From NCBI GenBank assembly GCA_016934595.1, contig JAFGSM010000265.1:1-54432 (forward strand): a DNA stretch of 54,432 nucleotides. The letters run 5' to 3'. The notes under the pieces are model-generated. The model saw only the letters and a program-made list of their open reading frames with translations, was not told the DNA's origin and made no database searches. Source of the stretch: a bacterium. Its GTDB lineage: Bacteria; SZUA-182; DTGQ01; JAFGSM01. Made by a program: the position numbers and the translations under genes. The first letter of the stretch is position 1, and each line of letters opens with the position of its first letter. Of this stretch, positions 19,225-28,856 are shown in pieces.

Positions 19225-20107
19225 GTGCAAACACCCCTTCCTTTTCAGGCGCAGGCTCATTCGCTGATACAGGCTCTCCCTTTTTGTAGATCAGGGCTTG
19301 CGGAAACCTTTTTATCTCAAACTTGTCGAATATGCCGGTCAGTGACTCCGAATGGCCAAGCAAGAGGTATCCTCCGGGGCGCAGGGCGTTGTAGAAATTG
19401 CTTATGGCGGTTTTTATCTTGGCCTCCGAGAAATAGATCAGGACGTTCCTGCAGAATATGATATCATAGCTCAGTGATGGCAGGGGAGAGATTATGTTGC
19501 CGGTCATAAAAGATGCCATATCCTTGATATTATTTTTTATGATATAGGTTCCTTCCAGGGGGGTGAAGAATCTCTCTCTGTATTTCGGGTCTGTCATCCT
19601 AAGGGATCGTTCGTAATACAGGCCCTGGCGGGCGGTTTCCACGGCCTTTTCACTGATGTCCATGCCTGTTATCTTGATATCCCACCCCCCCAAAAAGATG
19701 CCCGTGTCATATGTCAGCATTGCAAGGGTATATACCTCTTCCCCTGTAGAGCAGCCTGCGGAAAGCACCCTGATTCGCTTGTCATCCTTTATAATCCTTT
19801 TCTCCCTTAATTCCGGCAGGAGCTTTTCCTTAAAGATATCCAGTTGGGGTATTTCCCTGAAGAAGTAGGTCTCATTGTTGGTCAACTGGGATATCATAGT
19901 GGAGAGTTCCCTGCTGTTTCCCTGCCCGTATTTAAGAAAATTTATATACTCGTTAAATGACCTGAATCCGTTGGCAACCAGGCGGGGAGATATCTTCATA
20001 TTGATATAGGAGCGCTTTTCCCCCTTGAAAAATATCCCGAACCTCTCATGGATGAACTCCTGCAGCAGCAGGAATTCAAGTTCTGATAATTGGAATTGGT
20101 TTATCAT
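19211..20107 (-). CDS. cheR: Chemotaxis methyltransferase CheR (copy 1)
   Basis: TNNETYFFRE, SAGCSTGEEVY, IFCRNVLIYF, LGHSES. Confidence 0.96.
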   Translation of the reverse strand: MINQFQLSELEFLLLQEFIHERFGIFFKGEKRSYINMKISPRLVANGFRSFNEYINFLKYGQGNSRELSTMISQLTNNETYFFREIPQLDIFKEKLLPELREKRIIKDDKRIRVLSAGCSTGEEVYTLAMLTYDTGIFLGGWDIKITGMDISEKAVETARQGLYYERSLRMTDPKYRERFFTPLEGTYIIKNNIKDMASFMTGNIISPLPSLSYDIIFCRNVLIYFSEAKIKTAISNFYNALRPGGYLLLGHSESLTGIFDKFEIKRFPQALIYKKGEPVSANEPAPEKEGVFAHAGK

Positions 20108-22482
20108 TTACCGGCCTCCAGTTTTTTCAACGCCAGGGCCGCCTCTCTGCGGACATCATCCTCAGGGTCCTCTTTCTGTATCTTGAGCAGGGAGGGTATC
20201 GCCATTGGGTCCCTTATTTCTCCGAGGGCCTTTGCCACTGAACAGCGGACTGTAAAGAATTCATTCTGAAGGAGCCTTGTAAGGAATTCCACCACATCAT
20301 GGCCTTTCAATCTGCCAAGCAGCTCAACCAGCCGGCACTTGAGCATGGTGCTTGACCTCCTGAAGAAGTCATAGAAGAATTCCAGATCAGGTATGCCGAG
20401 TTTTTCCAGTGTGCTTATGACCTCCAGTTGAAGGTTTTCATTCTGGATCAGGGGAAGTATTTTGTTTACCGCATCAGTGGCATTTAATGCGTATAGCGCA
20501 TTCAGCACCTCCTTCTTGATTATATCCTTAGGATCATCTATCCTTTTCAGGATATGTGCCTCGCACCTCTTGTCCCCAATCTTTGCAAGCGCCTGTATCG
20601 CTGCTATCCTTACCCTCCAGTCAGGATCATCCAGGGCTATTATAAGGTAAGGTATGGAAGTCTTGTCCCTCAGCTTTCCAAGAGATTCAAGCGCCGTCCG
20701 CTTCAGATCAGGATCTGACCCTCTGAGTGTATGCACGAGAAACTGCCTGCAGCTTTTGTCCTGTATGTTCCCCATTGCCTCCAGGATCGTCAGGCGGTCC
20801 TTTTTGTCGCAATTCTGAAATATGTCTATAAAATGTTTAATGGCGGATGCATCCCCCTTCCTTCCCAGGGTCTCGATCACAGCGGTCCTCACCTCAGTGT
20901 CCGGATCGCTCAGCAGCTCATACAGCGTATTCTTCAGATTCTCATCCATACCGTGCTCTATGCTGTGCGCCACAGCCCTTCTCACCATCGGGCTTTTGTC
21001 TATAAGCCCCTTGTGGAGTATGTCCTTTGGAAGGTTGTCGGCAAGGATGGAGCTCAATGCGCTGTAAACATAAGCACGGACCTCGTCCGTCTGACCTTCC
21101 AGGAGTCTTTTTAGTGGTGCGCATGCCCTCTGATTCTGAAGTTTTCCAAGTATCTGTATGGCGTTGAGCCTCCTTGTGTATATTTCGGAGTCAAGCTCCA
21201 AGAGGAGTTTATCTGTCAGTCTCTTTGACCTTGACCTGCCAAGTATTTCTATAAGCATCTCACGGATCTCGGGGTCAGGATCATAGAGGAGCCCGACAAG
21301 GGCATCCTCGACCTCTTCCAGTTCCACCCCCGCGGCCATGGTCATGATCGCATGATACCTTACCTCCTTGTCTTCGTCTTTGAGAAAGGGTATGCATGCC
21401 TTTATCCCGTCTATGCTTCCGATCCAGTCTATGCAGCGGATAAGGGATGTCTTGATCTTGGGATCGGGGTTTTCAAGCCGCTCTGTCAATGCGGAAAGGT
21501 CGCCCTCCCCGATCGAGATCAATGCCCCTACTATATATTCTTCCAGATCATATATGCTGAGAAGTTCAAGGAGCTTGCCTACCGCCTTTTTTTCCTGAAG
21601 CCATCCAAGGGCGATGATGGCGTTCTTTTTTACCTCAGGCTCCGGATCATTTAGGGAATTCAGCAAATGGTCGATAAGGGTCACATTGCTCAGTGCGGTC
21701 TTTATGCTGGGAAGGCATGCGCCGTCAGGCTCGACCCTCCTCTGGATATTGATCAGGGCCGCTATGGCGGTATTCCTGATCATAGGATCGTTTTGTGAGA
21801 GGATATCCGCAAATACGGGTATGACCGATATGTCGCCTATCTTTCCCAGGGCCTCCATTACAGGCTCCCTGACCATCTCATCATTTATGAAACCGACAAG
21901 GTGTTTTGTGGCGGAGATATCGCCTATCTCCCCCAAAGCCATTATTACGGAATATTGTATCCAGAAATCCTGGTTGAGACATTCCACCAGGGGACCGACC
22001 GCCCTTGCATCCCCGATCTTGCCGAGGCTCTCGGCCGAGGCGTGCTTCACGTTTTCATCAGGGTCATTAAGGGCCTCTATCAATTGATTCACAGACTCAG
22101 GGTCCTTTATCTGAGAAAAAATGTTGGCGGTGAACAGCCTGACATCCCTGTCTTCATCCTTAAGAAGAGGAAGCAGATAGGGCGTGGCCTTTTTCCCGTA
22201 TAATGGAAAGACCTCCATAGCAGTGCTTCGGAGCTTGGCCTTTGTGTGATCCCTTAAGAATTCTTCGAGCCTTGGGAATATCCTATCGTCAGGGAATGAG
22301 GATAGCCCTTTCAATGCCTCTTCACGGACACGATAGCTTACATCCCCGGCCGCCTTTATGAGGAGCGGGACTGTCTCCTCAGAACGGCAGTCTATAAGCC
22401 CCCTGACCGCCGAAAAACGGATCTCCTCCGTCTCTGAGGACAGGTCTTTATCTATGGTTTTAAACAGCTCTTTATTGTCCAT
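20104..22482 (-). CDS. HEAT/PBS-lyase repeat protein
   Basis: Many DxDxxVRxxAxxALGxIGD units over 792 aa. Confidence 0.93.
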   Translation of the reverse strand: MDNKELFKTIDKDLSSETEEIRFSAVRGLIDCRSEETVPLLIKAAGDVSYRVREEALKGLSSFPDDRIFPRLEEFLRDHTKAKLRSTAMEVFPLYGKKATPYLLPLLKDEDRDVRLFTANIFSQIKDPESVNQLIEALNDPDENVKHASAESLGKIGDARAVGPLVECLNQDFWIQYSVIMALGEIGDISATKHLVGFINDEMVREPVMEALGKIGDISVIPVFADILSQNDPMIRNTAIAALINIQRRVEPDGACLPSIKTALSNVTLIDHLLNSLNDPEPEVKKNAIIALGWLQEKKAVGKLLELLSIYDLEEYIVGALISIGEGDLSALTERLENPDPKIKTSLIRCIDWIGSIDGIKACIPFLKDEDKEVRYHAIMTMAAGVELEEVEDALVGLLYDPDPEIREMLIEILGRSRSKRLTDKLLLELDSEIYTRRLNAIQILGKLQNQRACAPLKRLLEGQTDEVRAYVYSALSSILADNLPKDILHKGLIDKSPMVRRAVAHSIEHGMDENLKNTLYELLSDPDTEVRTAVIETLGRKGDASAIKHFIDIFQNCDKKDRLTILEAMGNIQDKSCRQFLVHTLRGSDPDLKRTALESLGKLRDKTSIPYLIIALDDPDWRVRIAAIQALAKIGDKRCEAHILKRIDDPKDIIKKEVLNALYALNATDAVNKILPLIQNENLQLEVISTLEKLGIPDLEFFYDFFRRSSTMLKCRLVELLGRLKGHDVVEFLTRLLQNEFFTVRCSVAKALGEIRDPMAIPSLLKIQKEDPEDDVRREAALALKKLEAGK

Positions 22483-23429
22483 ATCTCTTTGCCCTTTCCT
22501 GAAAAATTTATGGTTTCCGGTTTTTTATAGATATTTGTCTCTTTATATCTGATATTTTCAAACCCGTGTTTGTATATATGGAGGATCTCTGCGTCCCCTG
22601 TAAAAAGGTATCCCCCTGGTTTAAGACATTCGTAAAGACTGTCCACAAGCCTCTGCTGGGAAGGAAAATCGAAATATATCATCACATTCCTGCAGAATAT
22701 GATGTCGAAACGCTCAAACACCGCAAGTTTTTCAACGGTTCCGTCAAGCCTTGTAAAGAGGCATGTTCCGTCCCTGATGGGGTCTAGGTTCCGCAGATTG
22801 AATATGCGGAATGAAATCTTTCTCAATAGATCGTCCGCAATCACCGCGCCGTCTCCAATCATTTTCATGTATCTTGTTTTATAACAGGCAGGTATCTTTT
22901 TCAGTGAGGATGCCTCATAAAAACCGGTTGATGCCTTGTTTAGGGCCTGCCTGCTTATATCGCTTGCCAGTATTTCAACATCATGCACATGGGGATATTT
23001 GATGCCTTCCATGATGGCCATCGCTATGGTGCATGCCTCCTCTCCTGTTGAACACCCGATAGACCATATCCGGATTGGCGTTTTTTTGAACTTATTCGTA
23101 TCTCCTTGTAATGGCGGTATTTTTGAATTATCCAGGAGGCGTTTTTCAATCATGGGCGACAGATATTCCCTGATGGCATGAAATTGGCCTGGGATACGGA
23201 AGAAATAGGTTTCTTTGGTCGCGATATCCTCTATGAGGGCGTTAAATTCATTCTCGTCTTTCTTCAACAGCCGGTAGTAATCCTCATAGGAGGAGAGTTC
23301 ATTCACACCCATCCTGTGCCGCAGGTGTGTTTTAAGCTTGCCAAGACGCGACTGAGTAAAGCTCATCAGGCACCTTTCGCAGATAAGCCTTTGAAAGCTA
23401 TCAAGCATTTGCGCAGATAGGCTATGCAT
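22452..23429 (-). CDS. cheR: Chemotaxis methyltransferase CheR (copy 2)
   Basis: TKETYFFR, SIGCSTGEE, IFCRNVMIYF; start set at MHSLS. Confidence 0.93.
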   Translation of the reverse strand: MHSLSAQMLDSFQRLICERCLMSFTQSRLGKLKTHLRHRMGVNELSSYEDYYRLLKKDENEFNALIEDIATKETYFFRIPGQFHAIREYLSPMIEKRLLDNSKIPPLQGDTNKFKKTPIRIWSIGCSTGEEACTIAMAIMEGIKYPHVHDVEILASDISRQALNKASTGFYEASSLKKIPACYKTRYMKMIGDGAVIADDLLRKISFRIFNLRNLDPIRDGTCLFTRLDGTVEKLAVFERFDIIFCRNVMIYFDFPSQQRLVDSLYECLKPGGYLFTGDAEILHIYKHGFENIRYKETNIYKKPETINFSGKGKEIWTIKSCLKP

Positions 23430-23928
23430 CCACCGGCCCCTTCTTATCAAGATCTTTCAGACAATCCAGTGCATCCATTTCCCCCCGGCTCAGTATCCGT
23501 TCAGGGGTTATTATGTTTATCAGGCCATCCTGTGTCTTTGCCAGCCGGCTGACGCAGCTTCTTTCCCTGTCACCCAGAACTGCGTCAGGAAGGGTTTCGT
23601 AGTCTTTTTGCTCAAGCAGCAGCACCTTGTATATCTCATCTACGATAATCCCAAGCAGCCTTTTTTGCAGGTCAAGTATCACTATCCTCCTGTTGGCACT
23701 GCCGTTTTCATGGATGTTGAGGCGTTTTTTGAGATCGACTACAGGGACGATCATGTCGCGCACCTCGATAACGCCTTCCACGAAATCGGGGGAGTTGGGG
23801 ATGGCGTTGATCTTGCGAAGGTGTATCACCTCCTGGATCCTGAAGATATCTATGCCATATACCTCCTTGCCCACCCTGAAGGTGACCAGTTGCCCCGATT
23901 CCTTAATCATTTCCTTTTGGCCGTACAT
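23422..23928 (-). CDS. cheW: CheW coupling protein
   Basis: QLVTFRVGKEVYGIDIFRIQEVI, IPNSPDFVEGVI..R..IVPVVDL; start set at MYGQK. Confidence 0.93.
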   Translation of the reverse strand: MYGQKEMIKESGQLVTFRVGKEVYGIDIFRIQEVIHLRKINAIPNSPDFVEGVIEVRDMIVPVVDLKKRLNIHENGSANRRIVILDLQKRLLGIIVDEIYKVLLLEQKDYETLPDAVLGDRERSCVSRLAKTQDGLINIITPERILSRGEMDALDCLKDLDKKGPVDA

Positions 23929-23950
23929 TTTTGGTTTCCTCCGGTATAAA

Positions 23951-23976
23951 ATGGGGCACAGCATGCTGTGCCCCAT
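23951..23976. repeat. Perfect 26-bp palindrome (REP-like)
   Basis: atggggcacagca|tgctgtgccccat between the MCP stop and cheW. Confidence 0.8.
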
Positions 23977-23988
23977 GATCAGTCATCA

Positions 23989-26520
23989 TCACATCTGAAA
24001 ACGCTGAACCATCTCCTGCAGCCCGACGGATTGCCTTGACATATCCTTGGCTGATACGATGAGCTGTTCAACGGCGCTGAGATTCGTCCTGGCTATATCG
24101 CTTATGTTCTCGACCGCCTTGACTACATTTTCCCCGCCCTGTCTTTGCTCGATGGTGGCGTTCTTCACCTGTTCGGTCATCTGGCTCATCTCTTCGGCGG
24201 CCTTTACCACCTGTTTGATGCCTAATGCCTGTTCTTTCGTGGATTCATTCACGGACTGGGTGAGCTTGTTCATCTCCTCGACAGCGGCTATCACATTCCT
24301 GGCTGCGGCGGATTGCTCCTCAGTGGCCCTTGATATATCCTGCATGATATTCGAGGATGCGAGCACAGCGTCCATGATCCTTGATATGGCTGCGCCTGCC
24401 TGGTCTGCAAGTTTGATCCCTTCATGGGAGCTTCTGCCCCCCTCCTCTGTGGCCTTTACCGCAGATGAGGTCTCATTCTGAACCTGTTTTATCACCTCGC
24501 CTATCTCCTTGGTCGCCTTTACGGAGCGCTCGGCCAGTTTTCTTACCTCGTCAGCGACAACGGCAAACCCCCTGCCTGCCTCGCCTGCACGTGCTGCCTC
24601 TATTGCGGCGTTGAGTGCGAGGAGGTTCGTCTGATCGGCTATCTCTTCTATCACCTCCACGATCGAGCCTATTGCCTCAGACCGTTTGCCAAGGTTCTTT
24701 ATCGCCTCGGAGATGTTTTTCATCATCTCACCGATGGTCTTCATCCCCTCTACGGTCTTTATGACCGCCTCGCCGCCTGCCTGTGCCTCTTCCCTGGCCT
24801 TTTGCGAGAGATGATCCGCTTCACGCACATTTTCGGCGGTCTTTTCAATGGTGACGGCCATCTGCTCGATGGTCGAGCTGGTCTCCGACACATTGCTTGC
24901 CATGGATTCCGCCATTTTGGCCACATGTTCCGACGTTGTTCCCATCTCCTGGATGGAGCTTGTGGTCTCATCAACATTGGTGGCAAGTCCCTCTGCATTC
25001 TTCGCCACGTTCTGGATGTTCACGCTCATCTGCTCCATAGAGGACCCTGTCTCATCAGCGGCGGTGGCCTGGGTCTGGGCGCCTTTATTGATCTGTTCGC
25101 TTGAAGCGGATATCTCCTCTGCGGCGCTTGCCACAGAAGATGCCGTGTTGCGAATGTTATCCACAATCTCCCTAAGGTTCTTTATCATCCTGGAGAAGGA
25201 GTTTCCGAACACATCAACATCGGATGCGGGTTTCACGTTTTCGGCCAGGTTGCCTTTCGCCACCTTGTCAGCCACATCCGCCATGCTTCGCAGGTATTCG
25301 ATCATGCCGTTGAGGGCGTCGCCAAGCTCCCTGGTCTCATCCTTTTTATTGATCTCGACCTGGCTTGAGAGGTCTCCTCTTGCCACCTGTTTTGCAAAAT
25401 CGACACACAAGGCTAAGGGTTTCGTTATCCCCCTGGTGATAAGGAAGCCAAGCAGCAATGCGAGCATCACGGCGCATGGCATGAGTATCATCAAAAACCA
25501 GATGGAAAAGTTCTTTGCCTTCTTTGAATCAGACTGGGCAATCATCATCCCCTTATCCGCTGTCCCTTCAAGCTCTTCCAGACAGGCCGTCATGCCTTTC
25601 GACGCCTCGAACATTGATGCCACAGATGCCTTTTCCTGGGCATCGATCTCCCCGATGATATTATCTGCATATTTCTGGATCTTTTCAAAACTCCTGTTTA
25701 ACTGGCCTGCATAACGGGCAGCCCTCAATAACAGGGCATCTTTCTGCTTCCCATCTGCAGCAACTATATTTGATACGGTCTCGTAAAACTTCAGATAGAC
25801 GGAATAAAGCTCATCAAGGAGTTCGGTAAGCCCCTGATCCGGAGATTTGAATGCCGGATACCATGCACCGAAAAAACTTTTTGCCGGATCAAGCTCGCCA
25901 GTGTAATCCACTCCGACATCTACGGAGTCCTTTAATGTCTGAAACTCCCTCCTTTGATTCAGGTCAGCCGCATGGAGAAAGGAAGGCAGGTCATAGTGGA
26001 TATCCCTATAATCAAATATATATTTTACCCTTTCCCGGTGCACCTTGATCAATTCATTCGCCTTTTCAGAGAAGTTTGATTTGAATTTGTCCATATTTTC
26101 GATCAGCGCGATCATATCATTATCGCCCTTTGGCACCCGCACGTTGAGATCATTTTTGAGATAGAGCTTGCCTGCATGGCTGTCTTTAAATTCCTTTGAA
26201 TCCGTTCCTAAGCGTACCATCGCTATAAACATGTTGAAAAGGTCTATATGATCCCTGATCTGACCTTCAATCCTTTCCAGATCGGTTTCCGAAATGATAT
26301 AGTCCTTGCATGCGTTCAGAGCGCGTTCCGCCTCGATTATGGATTCCATTGCCACGTCCTTTATGGGGGCCTTCTCCTCTATGACTATATCCCCGCTCCG
26401 GTCCACCTTCTTGACCATGAAAAGCCCTGTGAGACCGGTTATGACAACTATCAGGGATAAGGCTATGAAGCCTCCCATCAACTTCTTGCCGATTGTCATC
26501 CTTCCGATTGACATCTTCAT
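23989..26520 (-). CDS. Methyl-accepting chemotaxis protein with large periplasmic domain, HAMPs and extended signalling domain
   Basis: [38 protein letters not shown]; 2 TM; start set at ATG 26520 after GGAGGA. Confidence 0.97.
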   Translation of the reverse strand: MKMSIGRMTIGKKLMGGFIALSLIVVITGLTGLFMVKKVDRSGDIVIEEKAPIKDVAMESIIEAERALNACKDYIISETDLERIEGQIRDHIDLFNMFIAMVRLGTDSKEFKDSHAGKLYLKNDLNVRVPKGDNDMIALIENMDKFKSNFSEKANELIKVHRERVKYIFDYRDIHYDLPSFLHAADLNQRREFQTLKDSVDVGVDYTGELDPAKSFFGAWYPAFKSPDQGLTELLDELYSVYLKFYETVSNIVAADGKQKDALLLRAARYAGQLNRSFEKIQKYADNIIGEIDAQEKASVASMFEASKGMTACLEELEGTADKGMMIAQSDSKKAKNFSIWFLMILMPCAVMLALLLGFLITRGITKPLALCVDFAKQVARGDLSSQVEINKKDETRELGDALNGMIEYLRSMADVADKVAKGNLAENVKPASDVDVFGNSFSRMIKNLREIVDNIRNTASSVASAAEEISASSEQINKGAQTQATAADETGSSMEQMSVNIQNVAKNAEGLATNVDETTSSIQEMGTTSEHVAKMAESMASNVSETSSTIEQMAVTIEKTAENVREADHLSQKAREEAQAGGEAVIKTVEGMKTIGEMMKNISEAIKNLGKRSEAIGSIVEVIEEIADQTNLLALNAAIEAARAGEAGRGFAVVADEVRKLAERSVKATKEIGEVIKQVQNETSSAVKATEEGGRSSHEGIKLADQAGAAISRIMDAVLASSNIMQDISRATEEQSAAARNVIAAVEEMNKLTQSVNESTKEQALGIKQVVKAAEEMSQMTEQVKNATIEQRQGGENVVKAVENISDIARTNLSAVEQLIVSAKDMSRQSVGLQEMVQRFQM

Positions 26521-26540
26521 GATATCCTCCAATATTTTTT

Positions 26541-26673
26541 TGATGAACCCGTAAAAAAACCGGAAATTTCCTATTCGTCATTCCGGCGAAGGCCGGAATC
26601 CATTATTTTTAGATATATATAGATTGATGGGTTCCCGCTTTCGCGGGAATGATACGTTTTTACGGATCCGTCA
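26541..26673. mobile_element. MITE-like element with internal inverted REP-like pair
   Basis: Ends tgatgaacccgtaaaaa / tttttacggatccgtca (14/17 inverted); internal gtcattccggcgaaggccggaatcca and gggttcccgctttcgcgggaatga. Confidence 0.7.
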
Positions 26674-26683
26674 TATTCAAGAT

Positions 26684-26775
26684 AGGCATTAAGCTATCAG
26701 CCCTTGTGCTCTTTTAAATGGCCTTTTCCCTTTTGATTTTTTTAAAGCCTTCAGGGCTGATAGCAAAAAATGCCT
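26684..26775. repeat. Long-loop inverted repeat (possible terminator or mRNA structure)
   Basis: aggcatt..gctatcagccct ... agggctgatagc..aatgcct. Confidence 0.6.
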
Positions 26776-26812
26776 GTTTCAAAAAAGAATAAACGGGTAT
26801 TAACCCTGTCCG

Positions 26813-27355
26813 CTAGTCGAGATGTTTCATATGTTCCACAACTTCGGAAAGCTCGTCCTTCATCTGCTCAAGATAATCCTCGCTCTTTGTCTCCTTGTAT
26901 TTCCTGAGACAGACGATAGCTGTGGCCGGATGTATGATGGCATCATAATGGCACATTACCTCTGAGAAATGATCATAACCGGATATATCAATGCCTTTGC
27001 TCTTCAGGAAGCCACCGTCATGCCACTGGCTCTCAAGCTCTTCCAGTGTCAATGACTTCATCCTGCCTGCCGAATCTATGGCGATCGAGAGCAGCTTGGC
27101 TTCTGTCTGGGGTGTCTCTTTCTCGTTCATGTGCTCCTTGCTACCCTGTATCCCTAGATCCATTAATGTCTCCATGTCAGAGATCATGGCTTCAGGATCG
27201 ATGCTTCCGGAGATTATCCTGCCTATGTTTTTCTTGGCCAAAGTTACATACGCTTCCTTGTCGAACTGATGTTCAGTGCCGGCAAGCGCAACATTTGAAA
27301 TCATGCCGGCAACAACTAACGTCAAAATAATCACAAACCATTTCGTCCTTTTCAT
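26813..27355 (-). CDS. Secreted helical His-rich protein of unknown function
   Basis: Signal peptide ending ALA, GGAGG RBS; WHDGG, YDHF, MCHYD, IHPATA, EHMKH. Confidence 0.85.
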   Translation of the reverse strand: MKRTKWFVIILTLVVAGMISNVALAGTEHQFDKEAYVTLAKKNIGRIISGSIDPEAMISDMETLMDLGIQGSKEHMNEKETPQTEAKLLSIAIDSAGRMKSLTLEELESQWHDGGFLKSKGIDISGYDHFSEVMCHYDAIIHPATAIVCLRKYKETKSEDYLEQMKDELSEVVEHMKHLD

Positions 27356-27554
27356 TTTTTTCCTCCTTGATTAGGATTCAATTCTTACGTCAATAAGGAT
27401 CAATTCCACCACACTTTAACCCTCAAAAGCAATATTTTTTTTGATTTATCCTTGAGAACATCACCCCCTTTTTATGGGTCTGCCAGCTAAAATCCCGTGC
27501 CTTATTTATGCGGTTTTCAATATCTTATCCCTTGTTCCTAAAATTGGTCTGTTT

Positions 27555-27678
27555 GTAATAGTTCACCACGGATTTTCACGGAGTTGCACTGGACAATCAT
27601 TTTCCGTGATATTCCGTGTACTTCCGTGGCAAAAATCATGTGTCAACGTAATTTATTCGGCTTACGGTGAACGGTTAC
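27555..27678. mobile_element. 124-bp MITE with IS66-like ends and 8-bp target-site duplication
   Basis: TIRs gtaatagttcacc / ggtgaacggttac (11/13); gtctgttt at 27547-27554 and 27679-27686. Confidence 0.85.
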
Positions 27679-27734
27679 GTCTGTTTTTTCTCTTTATTAT
27701 TTTTTATATGAAAATAATCGAATATGTCTTTGGA

Positions 27735-28460
27735 TCAGTCTCTGCTCCCTTTTCCTATGATCTTGTCAAGGTCGATAAGTATGACCATCCTGTCTTCCAG
27801 CTTCCCTATGCCGCTTATGTAGTTCTCTTTTATCCTGATGACCTCCTGCGGGGCATTGTCGATCTCTTCAGCGGTTATATTCAGCACCTGCGAGACACTG
27901 TCCACCATCAGTCCGAATATCCTCGAGCCGTTCTCCACCACAACTATCCTGCTTTCTTCGCCTATGGAGGTTTTACCCAGGTTAAGCCGGTTTTTCAATT
28001 CTATGACCGGTATGATCTTGCCCCTGAGATTGACCACGCCCCTTACGTGCGGTGGAGAGTTTGGCACACGTGTGATGTCGCCGACCCTTTTTATCTCCTG
28101 CACCTGGAAGATCGGGAGGGCATATTCCTCTTCATCCAGAAAGAAGGTGACATATTTTTCCGCCTCTACATCCTTCAATATCCTGTCTTTCGCCATTAAT
28201 AGGTTTTCTGCATCTTTATCATTTTTGTCAATAGACCTTGTGTCTGTTGATAAAAGACCTCCCCTGGACAATACCGTGCCCAGGATATCATCAGCCAGAC
28301 CGGATTCAGGCAGAGGGGTTTTTTCGCTTTTCTTTTCCATCGCCCCTTTGTCAGACAATGCCGTGCCCAGGATATCCTCAGCCAGCCCGAATTCAGGCAA
28401 GGGGACTTTTTTGCTTTCCTTTTCTATCAACCCTGCGGCGCTTTTGCCTTTATTTTGCAT
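27735..28460 (-). CDS. cheW: CheW with N-terminal 29-aa tandem repeat
   Basis: YVTFFLDEEEYALPI..VQEI, VPNSP..VRGVVNLRGKIIPVIEL; PLPExGLAxDILGT twice. Confidence 0.95.
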   Translation of the reverse strand: MQNKGKSAAGLIEKESKKVPLPEFGLAEDILGTALSDKGAMEKKSEKTPLPESGLADDILGTVLSRGGLLSTDTRSIDKNDKDAENLLMAKDRILKDVEAEKYVTFFLDEEEYALPIFQVQEIKRVGDITRVPNSPPHVRGVVNLRGKIIPVIELKNRLNLGKTSIGEESRIVVVENGSRIFGLMVDSVSQVLNITAEEIDNAPQEVIRIKENYISGIGKLEDRMVILIDLDKIIGKGSRD

Positions 28461-28478
28461 AACTATCTCCTTTTAAGG

Positions 28479-28856
28479 TCAATTGTTTTGCACGATCCTG
28501 TTGATCAGCTCCACTACGCTGGAAGGTTTCCAGGGTTTCTTCAGATAACCTTTAGCCCCCAGTTCAAGTGCCTTTCGGATATCGTGGTCGTCATCCTGCG
28601 TGGTGCTGATGACAATAACAGGGATGTGGCCATACCCGTCATCCTGCATGGCCTTCAGAAAGGATATCCCGTCCATCTGCGGCATGTTTATATCCGAGAT
28701 GATAAGGTCGATATCCTTTTCTATTGCCAGTTTGTTCAGGGCCTCCAGACCATTATTGGCAAATATCTGTTCGCACCCCGGAAATGACCCGAACACCATC
28801 CTGTACATCTTCGCCTGAAGAGAAGAATCCTCTACGATCAAAACCTTTCTAAGCAT
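28479..28856 (-). CDS. cheY: Single-domain response regulator CheY
   Basis: LIVEDSS, ISDINMPQMDG, ST, YLKKP; start set at MLRKV, overlapping the cheA stop. Confidence 0.9.
   Translation of the reverse strand: MLRKVLIVEDSSLQAKMYRMVFGSFPGCEQIFANNGLEALNKLAIEKDIDLIISDINMPQMDGISFLKAMQDDGYGHIPVIVISTTQDDDHDIRKALELGAKGYLKKPWKPSSVVELINRIVQNN

Noticed and set aside
24848-25714. 288-aa plus-strand ORF and similar antisense ORFs over cheA, cheB, HEAT and the regulators
   Set aside because: Antisense shadows of well-supported genes, with no recognisable motifs
27474-28199. 241-aa plus-strand ORF
   Set aside because: Overlaps cheW in antisense and runs through a MITE; composition is not protein-like
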